From the NCBI GenBank assembly GCA_963713975.1, contig OY970218.1, forward strand, positions 3,520,001 through 3,584,000: a DNA stretch of 64,000 nucleotides, written 5' to 3'. Of the stretch, positions 38,927-49,129 are shown piece by piece; position 1 is the stretch's first letter, and each line of letters starts with the position of its first letter. The notes under the pieces are model-generated. The model searched no databases. It saw only the letters and a program-made list of their open reading frames with translations, and was not told the DNA's origin. The position numbers were made by a program, and so were the translations under genes. Source of the DNA: an uncultured Chloroflexia bacterium. GTDB taxonomy: Bacteria > Chloroflexota > Limnocylindria > Limnocylindrales > CSP1-4.

Positions 38927-40533
38927 GCCGGCGTCGCATCCGGCTGGTCCCCGCCCGGCGTCGTGGCGCGGCCCGCGATCGGCATGCTGAACGAGATGGC
39001 GCTGCGATCCGATCCCGGCTCCACCCAGATCCGGCCGCCGTGCGCCTCCACGAGGCGGCGGCACACGTGGAGCCCGATGCCGCGGGCCCCCGGCCAGGTC
39101 TCGCGCGCATTCCGCCCCCGGTACAAGCGATCGAACACGAGCACCCGCTCATCGGGCGGGATGCCGGGACCGTCGTCCTCCACCGTGACCACCACCACCC
39201 CCTGGTGCTGCCGCGCGCCGATCGCGATCGACCCCGGCCCACCGTACTTGCGAGCGTTGTCGACGAGGTTCACCAGGACGTGTCCGACCTGGACGGCATC
39301 CACGTCCACCGGCGGCAGATCGGCCGGCAGCCTCACGAGGATCGGCGGCATGCCGGGCCACTCGCCGAGTCCTCCGATCACGGTCTCCAGCATCGTCGCC
39401 ACGTCGGTGCGAGTCCTGTGGAGTGCGAGGCTGGCGTGCTCGAGCTGCGTCAGGTCCAACAGCTCATCAACGAGCTGTTGCAGGCGACCGGCGGCGGCCC
39501 CGATCCGCTCGACGGAGCGCCGCTGGGCCACCGGATCGAGGCCGAGGTCGAGCAGGCTGTCCACGTACCCGGAGATCAGGGCCAGCGGCGTCCGCAGCTC
39601 GTGGGAGACCGCGGCCAGGAAGCTCCCCCGGAGTTCCTCGGCTGCGTGATCCGGACGAAGGTCACGGAGCACCACCACGGCGCCGTGCTCGGGGCCCGGC
39701 ATGGCGGAGAACGAGGCCGCCACCGGGATCTCGGCCCCGGCCCAGGCCGGCAGCCGCAGCTCGGTATCCACGATCCTGTCCGGTCCGGCCATCACCTCCT
39801 CGAAGCGGCATCGCGGCCCACAGCGCAGCCCGTCCCCCTGCGCACACCCCAGGACGGTCTCGCAGGTCGCCGGGTCTGCCGGCAGCCGCCCCCCGAGCAG
39901 CGACACGGCCGCCCGGTTCATGCGGACCACGAACCGCTGCTCGTCCACGGCCACGATCCCCTCGGTGGCCCCGTCGAGGATCGCGGAGAGGAGCGCCTGC
40001 TCGCCGGCGAGCGCAGCGCGCAGCTGCGCCGCCCGGAACGCGATCGCCAGCTCGTGCCGCGCGAGCCCGAGCAACCTGATTCGATCCGGTGCCAGCTCCA
40101 CGCCCGCCGCTGGGCGCAGGGCGACGAACCCGACCACGCGCGCGCCGAGCCTCCCCTCACCCAGGGCCCGACGCTCTTCGAGCGAGACGCCCTGCCATCC
40201 ATGGTCGTGGGCCCAGGTGATTGCCGCCACGGCCGATGGGAAGCTGGCCGGAAGTGCCGGCGAGGGTGCCGCCACACGGTCCGGGTCGGCGGCGACGAGG
40301 CGAAGGTCGTCCTCGTCCGGCGTCGCGAGCCACATGGCGCCGTCCACGGCATCGGTGGCCCGGACGAGCTCCCCGATGACCGATCCCGCCATGAGGGCCA
40401 CGTCATCGCCCAGGGCGAGGAGCTGGCTCAGCTGGTACTGCGCGAAGACGGTGTCCGCCTGGCGCTGCGCCTCCTCGAGGCTCGTGCGGAGCTCCGCCTC
40501 GGTCAGGGCGGCCATCCCGGTTCGCTGTGTCAT
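38923..40533 (-). CDS. Cytoplasmic GAF/PAS sensor histidine kinase
   Basis: H-box VSHELRTPL, N-box NLVDNARKY, DDGPGI and GIGL. The PAS region has a Cys cluster and no TM segment is evident. ATGA overlap with the upstream dhaL-like gene. Confidence 0.9.
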   Translation of the reverse strand: MTQRTGMAALTEAELRTSLEEAQRQADTVFAQYQLSQLLALGDDVALMAGSVIGELVRATDAVDGAMWLATPDEDDLRLVAADPDRVAAPSPALPASFPSAVAAITWAHDHGWQGVSLEERRALGEGRLGARVVGFVALRPAAGVELAPDRIRLLGLARHELAIAFRAAQLRAALAGEQALLSAILDGATEGIVAVDEQRFVVRMNRAAVSLLGGRLPADPATCETVLGCAQGDGLRCGPRCRFEEVMAGPDRIVDTELRLPAWAGAEIPVAASFSAMPGPEHGAVVVLRDLRPDHAAEELRGSFLAAVSHELRTPLALISGYVDSLLDLGLDPVAQRRSVERIGAAAGRLQQLVDELLDLTQLEHASLALHRTRTDVATMLETVIGGLGEWPGMPPILVRLPADLPPVDVDAVQVGHVLVNLVDNARKYGGPGSIAIGARQHQGVVVVTVEDDGPGIPPDERVLVFDRLYRGRNARETWPGARGIGLHVCRRLVEAHGGRIWVEPGSDRSAISFSMPIAGRATTPGGDQPDATPA

Positions 40534-41273
40534 TGCCCGTGCCTGCCGGACGCAAGGAGGGCTCGGAACAGGAGGTAGCAGGACGTGGCCCCGGGGTCCT
40601 GGTGACCGCGGGATCGCTCGCCCAGGCGCAGCGCCAGTCCGCGCCGCGCCACCATCGGCGTCGTGGCGTGCATGCCGTCCCGTGCCGCGCGGATGGCGGA
40701 CCGGATCGCCGCCTCCCGACCCGCGCCCGCCGCGATCGCCGCCGCGAAGGCATCGGCGGCTGGTCGCAGCGAGTCGTAGATGGTCTTGTCCCCCATCCGG
40801 CACCTGCCTCGTCGCGCCAGTCCCTCCGCGGCGGCATCCAGCGCCCGGGCGGTGTCCTCCGGCGCGAGCGCCCGCAGGCCCGCGACCGCGATGCCGGCCT
40901 CGATGAAGGCCGTCCCGTACAGGGAACCCCCCGCCCCGCCGACACCAGAGACCAGCTGGTGCCCCAGCCGGCGCAGGACGTCCCCCACATCGTCTGAAGT
41001 GCCCGCCGGCTCGAGGGCCCGGACCGCGTCGCCAAAACCCGCGGCCATGTTCTCGCCGTGGTCGCCGTCACCGAGCTCTGCGTCCAGGCGGTCGAGGAGG
41101 ATCCGGTTCCGGGCGAGCAGGCGGAACGCCCGGACGACGACCGCTGTCAGGTCGGTCCCGTCGAACGACCCCGACGGATGGCCGTCGCTGCGCCCGATGC
41201 CGCCACCTGGCCGGCTCCCGGTGTCGCCCGCGGGGTGGAGCGTGGAGGGCTCATCGCCGCTGCGGGTGCTCAT
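40530..41273 (-). CDS. DhaL-like protein (divergent DAK2 domain), likely regulatory
   Basis: LDAELGDGDHGENM, VGGAGGSLYG, GDKTIYD and GHQDPGA are present, but GRASY is replaced by GLALR. Confidence 0.82.
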   Translation of the reverse strand: MSTRSGDEPSTLHPAGDTGSRPGGGIGRSDGHPSGSFDGTDLTAVVVRAFRLLARNRILLDRLDAELGDGDHGENMAAGFGDAVRALEPAGTSDDVGDVLRRLGHQLVSGVGGAGGSLYGTAFIEAGIAVAGLRALAPEDTARALDAAAEGLARRGRCRMGDKTIYDSLRPAADAFAAAIAAGAGREAAIRSAIRAARDGMHATTPMVARRGLALRLGERSRGHQDPGATSCYLLFRALLASGRHGQ

Positions 41274-41384
41274 GCTCCAGCGTAGTGTATGGCCCAGCGC
41301 CGGTCCCGCGGACGGCTCGCCGCGATCGCCTGGGCGAGATGCGGCGGCTCGATGCGCAACGGCGCCGAACGGAGGATCGTCGGC

Positions 41385-41792
41385 TTGGTCGGTCTGGTGC
41401 TGGTGGCGCACAGCCAGGACGTGGTGCGTGGCCTGATGGCCATGGTGGCCCAGGCCGCCCCGGCCGTGCCCGTCGCCGGGGCCGGCGGCCTGGGTGGGGA
41501 CCGGCTGGGTACAAATGGCCTCGAGGTCGCCGATGCGCTCCGCGATGCCCTCGCGCGGACGGCGGACGACGGTGTGCTGGTGCTGCTGGACCTGGGCAGC
41601 GCCTCGCTCGCCCTGGACGTGGCGCTCGACGAGCTCGACCCAGGGGTGCGAGGCCTCGTCCGCGTCACGGAGGCGCCCTTCGTCGAGGGCGCGGTGATGG
41701 CCGCGGTGGCGGCTGCGGGCGGCGCCAACCTGGACGCCGTGGCCATGGCCGCCGATGGCGCGTGCTCATTACCCAAGCGGCCCCGCGACTGA
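41385..41792 (+). CDS. dhaM: DhaM-like PTS EIIA(Man)-type phosphotransferase
   Basis: TTG after GGAGGA. MVGLVLVAHS...AGG....LGT...LLDLGSA...APFVEGAV. Confidence 0.82.
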   Translation: MVGLVLVAHSQDVVRGLMAMVAQAAPAVPVAGAGGLGGDRLGTNGLEVADALRDALARTADDGVLVLLDLGSASLALDVALDELDPGVRGLVRVTEAPFVEGAVMAAVAAAGGANLDAVAMAADGACSLPKRPRD

Positions 41793-41793
41793 G

Positions 41794-42525
41794 GTGGCAG
41801 CCACGTCCGCGGCGCCCGACCCGTTCCGGGGCCAAGTGGGCGTCATCGAGGCGTGGCTGCGCTGCGCCGCCGAACGCGTCCACGAGCACCGGATCTGGCT
41901 GACCGACCTCGACGCGGCGATCGGTGACGGCGACCACGGCATCAACATGGATCGGGGCTTCACCGCCCTGGTGGCCGACCTGGACGCAGGGGCCCTCCCG
42001 ACCGACGGCATCGGCCGCCTCCTGGCCGCGGCCGGCCGGCGCCTGCTGGGCAACGTGGGTGGCGCCAGCGGCGCGTTGTACGGCCGAGGCCTCATGGCAG
42101 CCGGCGACCGCATCGGAGGGGGGTCGATCGACGCCGATGCCGGCGGTCGGACCCTCCTGGAGCTCGCCCTCGCGGCGGCCGTCGACGGCGTTGCAGCGCT
42201 GGGGCGATCGGGCCCGGGGGACAAGACGATGCTCGATGCCCTCGTCCCGGCGCTGGCTGCGATCCGAGCGACCGCCCCGGCCATGCCGGTCGCGCAGGTG
42301 GTGGCCCTGGCCGCAGGGGCCGCCGAGGCGGGTGCCGCGGGCACGATCCCGATGGTCGCGCGGAGAGGGCGGGCCAGCTACCTGGGAGAGCGGGCCGCCG
42401 GGCACCTCGATCCCGGGGCGGCATCGAGCGCCATCCTGGTGCGCGCCCTCGCGGACGTCCTCGCCGCAGTCGAGTCCGGGGCCGAGCATGAGCCACGCCG
42501 CAGAGAAGGTCCCACGCGACCCTGA
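41794..42525 (+). CDS. dhaL: DhaL paralog (DAK2 domain)
   Basis: [40 protein letters not shown] and [19 protein letters not shown]. Start uncertain. Confidence 0.85.
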   Translation: MAATSAAPDPFRGQVGVIEAWLRCAAERVHEHRIWLTDLDAAIGDGDHGINMDRGFTALVADLDAGALPTDGIGRLLAAAGRRLLGNVGGASGALYGRGLMAAGDRIGGGSIDADAGGRTLLELALAAAVDGVAALGRSGPGDKTMLDALVPALAAIRATAPAMPVAQVVALAAGAAEAGAAGTIPMVARRGRASYLGERAAGHLDPGAASSAILVRALADVLAAVESGAEHEPRRREGPTRP

Positions 42526-42836
42526 AACGCCGGTCGGACCGGGATGCGACCGGGTGGCGGCAAGGATGCAGAACGGATTCACGTTGTCTTGAGATTCCGC
42601 GACCCGGCACGCCCCTAGAGTCCACTTAACCGCGCTTGCAGCGGCGGGTCTTGGCACGACCGGGTCGCCCGGCCCGCCCGTCGATGGTTGCGAAAGGAGG
42701 AGCCACCGGAGGAGGGATAGCCCGACACGGCCCACCTGCCCGCGCCGCGCCAACAGTTCGCCGCAGGGCCGCAGACCGGGCCACCGTCGATCGAGCCCCG
42801 GGGACCGGGGCCAATCCACTAGAGGGAGTTCGAGGC

Positions 42837-43580
42837 ATGGTTTGGGATACCAACATTTTCCTCGCCGAAGTGTTCGGGACGGGACTCCTCGTCCTGCTCG
42901 GTGACGGCGTGGTCGCAGGCGTCCTGCTCGCGAAGTCCAAGTCCAACAACGCTGGCTGGATCGTCATCACAGCGGCATGGGCGTTCGCCGTGTTCGTCGG
43001 CGTCGTCGTCGCCGGCCCGATCAGCGGCGCGCACCTGAACCCGGCGGTCACGATCGGCCTCGCCGTCCAGGGCGCCACCCCGTGGGACCAGGTCCCCGTG
43101 TACCTGCTGGGCGAGTTCGTCGGGGCCTTCATCGGCGCGACGCTCGTCACGATCCACTATTGGGATCACTACAAGCAGACCGAGGACCAGGGCCTCAAGC
43201 TCGCCACGTACTGCACCGCTCCGAACATCCGCAACTACCCGCTCAACTTCGTCTCAGAGGTCATCGGCACCTTCGTGCTGGTGTTCGTGATCTTCACGTT
43301 CGGCACCAACGGCAGCTCGGCCGGCCTCGCATCGCTGGGGGCCCTGCCCGTCGCGATCCTCGTGTTCTCGATCGGCATGTCGCTCGGCGGCACGACCGGG
43401 TACGCGATCAACCCGGCCCGTGACCTCGGGCCCCGCATCATCCACGCGATCCTGCCGGTCCCGGGCAAGGGTGGCTCGGACTGGGAGTACTCCTGGGTTC
43501 CGGTCGTCGGCCCGGTTGTCGGTGGAATCCTGGCGGCGTTGGTCTACAACGGCGTCTGGGTCAACGTGATGGGGATGTAG
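42837..43580 (+). CDS. glpF: Glycerol uptake facilitator (MIP/aquaglyceroporin)
   Basis: SGAHLNPAVT and GYAINPARDLGPR motifs with multiple TM helices. Confidence 0.95.
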   Translation: MVWDTNIFLAEVFGTGLLVLLGDGVVAGVLLAKSKSNNAGWIVITAAWAFAVFVGVVVAGPISGAHLNPAVTIGLAVQGATPWDQVPVYLLGEFVGAFIGATLVTIHYWDHYKQTEDQGLKLATYCTAPNIRNYPLNFVSEVIGTFVLVFVIFTFGTNGSSAGLASLGALPVAILVFSIGMSLGGTTGYAINPARDLGPRIIHAILPVPGKGGSDWEYSWVPVVGPVVGGILAALVYNGVWVNVMGM

Positions 43581-43667
43581 CGACACCATCCTGACGAACG
43601 GCGCGCTCGTCGCCGGGGCGCCCTCCGGTCCCCGGCGGCGATCCCTCCACCAGTACGGGGAGAGCTC

Positions 43668-44666
43668 ATGAAGAAGCTCATCAACGCACCCGAGAACGTC
43701 GTCGACGAGGCCCTCGCGGGGATGCTCGCCGCCCACCCGGGCTACATCCGGGTCGAGGAGCCGAACATCGTCGTCCGCAAGGACGCCCCGCGCGCCGGCA
43801 AGGTCGGCGTGATCTCGGGTGGTGGCTCGGGCCACGAGCCGATGCACGGCGGCTTCGTCGGCATGGGCATGCTCGACGCGGCCTGCCCGGGTGCCGTGTT
43901 CACGTCGCCCGTCCCGGACCAGATGCTCGCGGCCACCAAGGCCGTGGACGGTGGCGCGGGCGTGCTCCACATCGTCAAGAACTACACCGGCGACATCATG
44001 AACTTCGAGATGGCGGCCGAGATGGCACGCGCCGAAGGGCTCGAGGTCACGGCGGTCGTCATCGCGGACGACGTCGCGGTCAAGGATTCGCTGTACACGG
44101 CCGGCCGGCGCGGCGTCGGCGGCACGGTGCTCGCGGAGAAGATCGTCGGCGCGGCCGCCGAGGCGGGTGCCGACCTGGCCACCGTCACGGCGCTCTGCCA
44201 GAAGGTCCAGGACAACGTCCGCTCCATGGGCATGGCCCTCACGAGCTGCACGGTGCCCATGGCCGGCAAGCCGACATTCGAGATCGCGGACGACGAGATG
44301 GAGATCGGCGTCGGCATCCATGGTGAGCCGGGCCGGTCCCGCGAGAAGCTCGCCACGGCCGACGAGATCACCGAGATGCTCGCCACGCCGATCCTCGACG
44401 ACCTGCCCTTCGAGAGCGGGGACAACGTCCTCGCGTTCGTGAACGGCCTCGGCGGCACCCCGCTCGTCGAGCTCTATGTCGTCTACAACAAGCTTGCCCA
44501 GATGTGCGCCGCACGAGGCGTGACGATCACCCGCAACCTCATCGGCAGCTACATCACGTCGCTCGACATGGCCGGCTGCTCCATCACCCTGCTCAAGCTC
44601 GACGACGAGCTGACGAAGTACTGGGACGCCCCGGTCAACACGCCTGCGCTCCGGTGGGGCGTCTGA
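43668..44666 (+). CDS. dhaK: Dihydroxyacetone kinase subunit K
   Basis: [40 protein letters not shown] and GIHGEPG. Confidence 0.96.
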   Translation: MKKLINAPENVVDEALAGMLAAHPGYIRVEEPNIVVRKDAPRAGKVGVISGGGSGHEPMHGGFVGMGMLDAACPGAVFTSPVPDQMLAATKAVDGGAGVLHIVKNYTGDIMNFEMAAEMARAEGLEVTAVVIADDVAVKDSLYTAGRRGVGGTVLAEKIVGAAAEAGADLATVTALCQKVQDNVRSMGMALTSCTVPMAGKPTFEIADDEMEIGVGIHGEPGRSREKLATADEITEMLATPILDDLPFESGDNVLAFVNGLGGTPLVELYVVYNKLAQMCAARGVTITRNLIGSYITSLDMAGCSITLLKLDDELTKYWDAPVNTPALRWGV

Positions 44667-44700
44667 CCCGGCGACCCGATCTGCGAGCGGGAGAACCACG

Positions 44701-45348
44701 ATGAGCACCGCGCCACACATCAGCTACGACGACGTCGTGGCATGGGTCAGTCTGCTGGCCGAGCGGTTCCACGCCGAGAAGGAGTACCTCACGGCGCTGG
44801 ACTCCGCGATCGGGGATGCCGACCACGGCATCAACATGGATCGCGGCCTCGGGGCCGTGATGGTCAAGCTGCCGGCGCTGCCAACCGGCGATGTCGGCGC
44901 CTTCCTCAAGGGCGTGGGGATGACGCTCGTCTCCACCGTCGGCGGCGCGAGCGGTCCGCTCTACGGCACCTTCTTCCTCCAGCTCGGTGGCGCGACCGCC
45001 GGCAGGACGGAGATCGAGCTCGGTGACTTCGCCACGGGGCTGGAGGCCGGCGTCGCCGGGATCCAGCGCCTGGGCAAGGCCGAGCCGGGCGACAAGACCA
45101 TGCTCGACGCACTCCTGCCGGCACGCGACGCGCTGCGCGCGGGCGTTGACCGGGGCGACAGCCCGGCCGACGCTCTTGGCGCGGCCGTCGCGGCGGCCGA
45201 GCAGGGCATGGTCGCCACCATCCCGCTCGTCGCCCGCAAGGGTCGGGCGAGCTACCTCGGGGAGCGCAGCGCGGGTCACCAGGACCCGGGTGCGACGTCC
45301 TCCCATCTCCTCCTCAAGGCTGCCGCCGATTCCTGGTTCCAAGCCTAG
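44701..45348 (+). CDS. dhaL: Dihydroxyacetone kinase subunit L
   Basis: [33 protein letters not shown] and [23 protein letters not shown]. Confidence 0.95.
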   Translation: MSTAPHISYDDVVAWVSLLAERFHAEKEYLTALDSAIGDADHGINMDRGLGAVMVKLPALPTGDVGAFLKGVGMTLVSTVGGASGPLYGTFFLQLGGATAGRTEIELGDFATGLEAGVAGIQRLGKAEPGDKTMLDALLPARDALRAGVDRGDSPADALGAAVAAAEQGMVATIPLVARKGRASYLGERSAGHQDPGATSSHLLLKAAADSWFQA

Positions 45349-45379
45349 GCATCCTTCACACACAGGAGCTCGCATCTTC

Positions 45380-46876
45380 ATGACCAAGTATGTCGGGGCC
45401 CTCGACCAGGGCACCACGAGCACCCGCTTCATGATCTTCGACCACGCGGGCGGCGTGGTCGCCATCGACCAGAAGGAGCACGAGCAGATCTTCCCCAAGC
45501 CCGGCTGGGTAGAGCACGACGCGATCGAGATCTGGACCCGCTGCCGGGAAGTCATCAAGGGCGCCATGGCCAAGGCCGGCATCACCGCCGCCGACCTCGC
45601 CGCCGTGGGCATCACCAACCAGCGCGAGACCGCGCTGGTCTGGGACAGGAAGACCGGCATGCCGGTCTTCAACGCGATCGTCTGGCAGGACACTCGAACC
45701 GACGTCCTCGTGAACGAGTTCGCCAAGGAGGGCGGGCAGGACCGCTTCCGCGCGAAGGTCGGCCTGCCGCTGGCCACGTACTTCTCGGGGCCCAAGGTCC
45801 GCTGGATCCTGGACAACGTCCCCGGCGCGCGCGCAAAGGCGGAGGCCGGCGACCTGGTGTTCGGCAACATGGACACCTGGTGCATCTGGAACCTCACGGG
45901 CGGCGTCAACGGCGGCGTCCATGTGACGGACGTCACCAACGCCAGCCGCACCATGCTCATGGACCTCGAGACCCTGTCCTGGGACGATGAGATCCTCGGC
46001 ATCATGGGCATCCCGAAGTCCATGCTCCCGGAGATCAAGGCATCGTCCGAGGTCTACGGCACCTGTGTCGGCGACCTCGCCGGCGTGCCGGTTGCGGGCG
46101 ACCTCGGCGACCAGCAGGCGGCCCTGTTCGGCCAGACGTGCTTCTCGCCCGGCGAGGCGAAGAACACCTACGGCACCGGCTGCTTCATGCTCATGAACAC
46201 GGGCGAGAAGGCTGTCCCGTCCAAGAGCGGCCTGCTCACCACGATGAGCTACAAGATCGGCGACCAGCCGGCGGTGTACGCCCTCGAGGGGTCCATCGCG
46301 ATCACCGGCGCGCTCGTGCAGTGGCTGCGCGACAACCTCGGCATGATCGCCAAGTCCGAGGACGTGGAGGCGCTCGCGGCCACGGTCGATGACAACGGCG
46401 GCGTCTACTTCGTCCCCGCGTTCTCCGGCCTGTTCGCCCCGTACTGGAAGAGCGACGCTCGCGGTGTCATCGCGGGCCTCACCCGTTACGTGAACAAGGG
46501 TCACATCGCGCGTGCCGTCCTCGAGGCGACGGCGTGGCAGACCCGCGAAGTGCTCGACGCCATGAACACCGACTCCGGTGTTCCGCTGACGGCCCTCAAG
46601 GTCGACGGTGGCATGGTGTTCAACAACATGCTCATGCAGTTCCAGGCCGATGTCCTGGGCGTCCCGGTCATCCGGCCGGTCGTCGCCGAGACCACGGCCC
46701 TGGGCGCGGCCTATGCCGCCGGCCTCGCGGTCGGCTACTGGGCCGAGATCGAGGACCTGCGCGAGAACTGGGCGCGTGACGCCGAGTGGACCCCGGAGAT
46801 GGCTGCCGAGATCCGCGAGAAGGACTACGCCCAGTGGAAGAAGGCCGTCACGCGGACCTTCAACTGGGTCGACTAG
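45380..46876 (+). CDS. glpK: Glycerol kinase
   Basis: [60 protein letters not shown] and [16 protein letters not shown]. Confidence 0.97.
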   Translation: MTKYVGALDQGTTSTRFMIFDHAGGVVAIDQKEHEQIFPKPGWVEHDAIEIWTRCREVIKGAMAKAGITAADLAAVGITNQRETALVWDRKTGMPVFNAIVWQDTRTDVLVNEFAKEGGQDRFRAKVGLPLATYFSGPKVRWILDNVPGARAKAEAGDLVFGNMDTWCIWNLTGGVNGGVHVTDVTNASRTMLMDLETLSWDDEILGIMGIPKSMLPEIKASSEVYGTCVGDLAGVPVAGDLGDQQAALFGQTCFSPGEAKNTYGTGCFMLMNTGEKAVPSKSGLLTTMSYKIGDQPAVYALEGSIAITGALVQWLRDNLGMIAKSEDVEALAATVDDNGGVYFVPAFSGLFAPYWKSDARGVIAGLTRYVNKGHIARAVLEATAWQTREVLDAMNTDSGVPLTALKVDGGMVFNNMLMQFQADVLGVPVIRPVVAETTALGAAYAAGLAVGYWAEIEDLRENWARDAEWTPEMAAEIREKDYAQWKKAVTRTFNWVD

Positions 46877-46900
46877 CCTCCGTTCGCGTCTGAACGGACC

Positions 46901-46933
46901 CGGCCCCGACGCCCATCACGGGCGTCGGGGCCG
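46901..46933 (+). terminator. 14-bp hairpin after glpK (terminator or mRNA stabiliser)
   Basis: CGGCCCCGACGCCC-ATCAC-GGGCGTCGGGGCCG, without a U-tract. Confidence 0.55.
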
Positions 46934-46953
46934 TCACCTGACAGGGAGGGATC

Positions 46954-47358
46954 ATGCAACCAGGCGTCGCCTGCGTCGGGCTCGTCGTGGTCTCACACTC
47001 GAGCCGGATCGCCGAGGGAACGGCCGAGCTGGCCGGACAGATGGCCGGACCCGACGTCCGCATCCGGCCGGCCGGAGGGATGGAGGACGGCTCCATCGGC
47101 ACGGATGCCGCCCGCATCGCCATGGCCATCGGCGAGGCCGATGCCGGCGCGGGGGTCGTGGTCGTGGCGGACCTCGGCAGCGCCGTGCTCGCCACCCGCA
47201 CGGCACTGGAGCTGCTGGGTGACCCGGGGAACGTGCGCCTCAGCCGCGGCCCGATCGTCGAGGGCGCGGTCATGGCCGCCGTCCAGTCGAGCACGGGTTC
47301 TGACCTGGAGCAGGTCCTCGAGGCGGCCGAGGGTGCCGCGTCCCTGCCCAAGGGTTAG
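46954..47358 (+). CDS. dhaM: DhaM PTS EIIA(Man)-type phosphotransferase subunit
   Basis: VGLVVVSHS..IAEG, AGG..DGSIGTD, ADLGSAV and PIVEGAV. Confidence 0.9.
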   Translation: MQPGVACVGLVVVSHSSRIAEGTAELAGQMAGPDVRIRPAGGMEDGSIGTDAARIAMAIGEADAGAGVVVVADLGSAVLATRTALELLGDPGNVRLSRGPIVEGAVMAAVQSSTGSDLEQVLEAAEGAASLPKG

Positions 47359-47446
47359 AGTGGGGGCCGGGCGTCCGCCCGTGGCGGGCCCGCGAACGAG
47401 TCAGCTTGGGCGCGTCGGCCTGCGCCCACACAGCGAGGTGAACCAC

Positions 47447-49129
47447 ATGACGGTGCCGCACGCCGTCGACGTCCTCGTCATCGGAGGAGGCGCGACGGGT
47501 GCCGGGGTCCTCCGCGACCTGGCGCGGAGGGGCCTGCGGGCCCTGCTCGTGGAGCGCAGCGACTTCGGGACCGGGACGACGGGCCGCTACCACGGCCTGC
47601 TGCACTCCGGCGGCCGTTACGTGGGCAAGGACAAGGTCGCCGCCCGTGAGTGCATCGTCGAGAACCGCGTTCTGCGCCGGATCGCCCCCGCGAGCATCGA
47701 GGATACGGGCGGCTACTTCGTGGCCACGCCCGACGATCCCGACGACTACGTGGAGGCATTCGCGGAGAACTGCCGCCTCTCCGGTGTCGACTGCGAGGAG
47801 GTCAAGGTCGCGGACCTGCTTGCCCGCGAGCCGGCGCTCAACCCGAGGATCCGGCGGGCATTCCGCGTGCCGGACGGCTCCGTGGAACCGTGGCAGCTGA
47901 TCGAGGCGACCGTCACCGACGCCCGCCGCCACGGCAGCGAGGCCCTCGCCTACCAGCGCGTGATCGGGATGGATCTCAGCGGCGGCCGGATCGCGGCCGT
48001 GACCTTGCGCGACGAGCGGACGGGCACTGTGTCGCAGGTCTGGACCCACTTCGTGATCTCGGCGGCCGGCGCCTGGGCGGGACAGATCGCCGCCCTGGCG
48101 AGGGTCAACGTCGAGATGACCCCCGGCAAGGGCACGATGCTCATCTTCAATCACCGGATGACCGATGCCGTGGTCAATCGCTGCCATCGCTCAGCGGACG
48201 GCGACATCATGGTCCCCGTCCACACGGTGGCCATCCTGGGCACCACCGACATCAAGGTTCCCGATCCCGACGACTACGAGATCACCCGGGAGGAGGTTCG
48301 GCGTCTCGTCGGCGAGGGCTCCAAGATGTTCCCGGATCTCCCGCGGATGCGCATCCTTCGCGCGTATGCGGGCGTGCGTCCCCTCTACCAACCGCCGGCG
48401 GCAACGGTGGCCGAAGCGGGCAATCGGGCGATCACCCGGGCCCACTCCATCCTCGACCATGCCGACCAGGGCGTGGAGAACTTCGTCTCGATCGTTGGGG
48501 GCAAGCTGACCACGCACCGCCTGATGGCCGAGGAGACCGTGGACGCGGTCGCGGCCAGGATGGGCGTCTCGGCGCCGTGCACGACGGCGGACGAGGTCCT
48601 GCCGGACCAGGACGGCGGTCACACCTACTGGCTGGGCCACCGCCTCGCAGACCACGAGCAGGAGGGCGGCGGTGACGCCAACCTCGTATGCGAGTGCGAG
48701 ATCGTCACCCGGAAGATGGTAGAAGGCTACCTGGACACGCACTGGCCCTGCTCCATCGACGACGTCCGGCGTGGCACCCGCGTCGGCATGGGACCGTGCC
48801 AGGGGGCGTTCTGCACCTTCCGGGTCGCGGGCCTCATGGCGGAGCGACTCGATGCGCACACGGCGGCCACAGGGCAGCCGGCGCCGGGTGCCCACGTCGT
48901 CGACGGGCACCACCCTGGGAGCAGCGCGCTGCACGCGGCCATCGCGGACCGGGCGCTGACGGCATTCCTCCGGGAACGGTTCAAGGGCACCCGGCCCATC
49001 GCCGACGGCCGGCAGCTCCAGGAGCTGATGATGACCAACGGGATCTATCTCGGCGTCCTGGGCCTGGAATCGATGGTGTCCGCGCCGGTCCCGGCGCTCG
49101 ACGAGGAGAGCCTCGATGCCGCACGCTGA
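47447..49129 (+). CDS. glpA: Anaerobic glycerol-3-phosphate dehydrogenase subunit A
   Basis: IGGGATGAG, GTTGRYHGLLHSGGRY, YAGVRPL and GGKLTT, plus C-terminal BFD-like CECE...RVGMGPCQG.FC. Confidence 0.93.
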   Translation: MTVPHAVDVLVIGGGATGAGVLRDLARRGLRALLVERSDFGTGTTGRYHGLLHSGGRYVGKDKVAARECIVENRVLRRIAPASIEDTGGYFVATPDDPDDYVEAFAENCRLSGVDCEEVKVADLLAREPALNPRIRRAFRVPDGSVEPWQLIEATVTDARRHGSEALAYQRVIGMDLSGGRIAAVTLRDERTGTVSQVWTHFVISAAGAWAGQIAALARVNVEMTPGKGTMLIFNHRMTDAVVNRCHRSADGDIMVPVHTVAILGTTDIKVPDPDDYEITREEVRRLVGEGSKMFPDLPRMRILRAYAGVRPLYQPPAATVAEAGNRAITRAHSILDHADQGVENFVSIVGGKLTTHRLMAEETVDAVAARMGVSAPCTTADEVLPDQDGGHTYWLGHRLADHEQEGGGDANLVCECEIVTRKMVEGYLDTHWPCSIDDVRRGTRVGMGPCQGAFCTFRVAGLMAERLDAHTAATGQPAPGAHVVDGHHPGSSALHAAIADRALTAFLRERFKGTRPIADGRQLQELMMTNGIYLGVLGLESMVSAPVPALDEESLDAAR

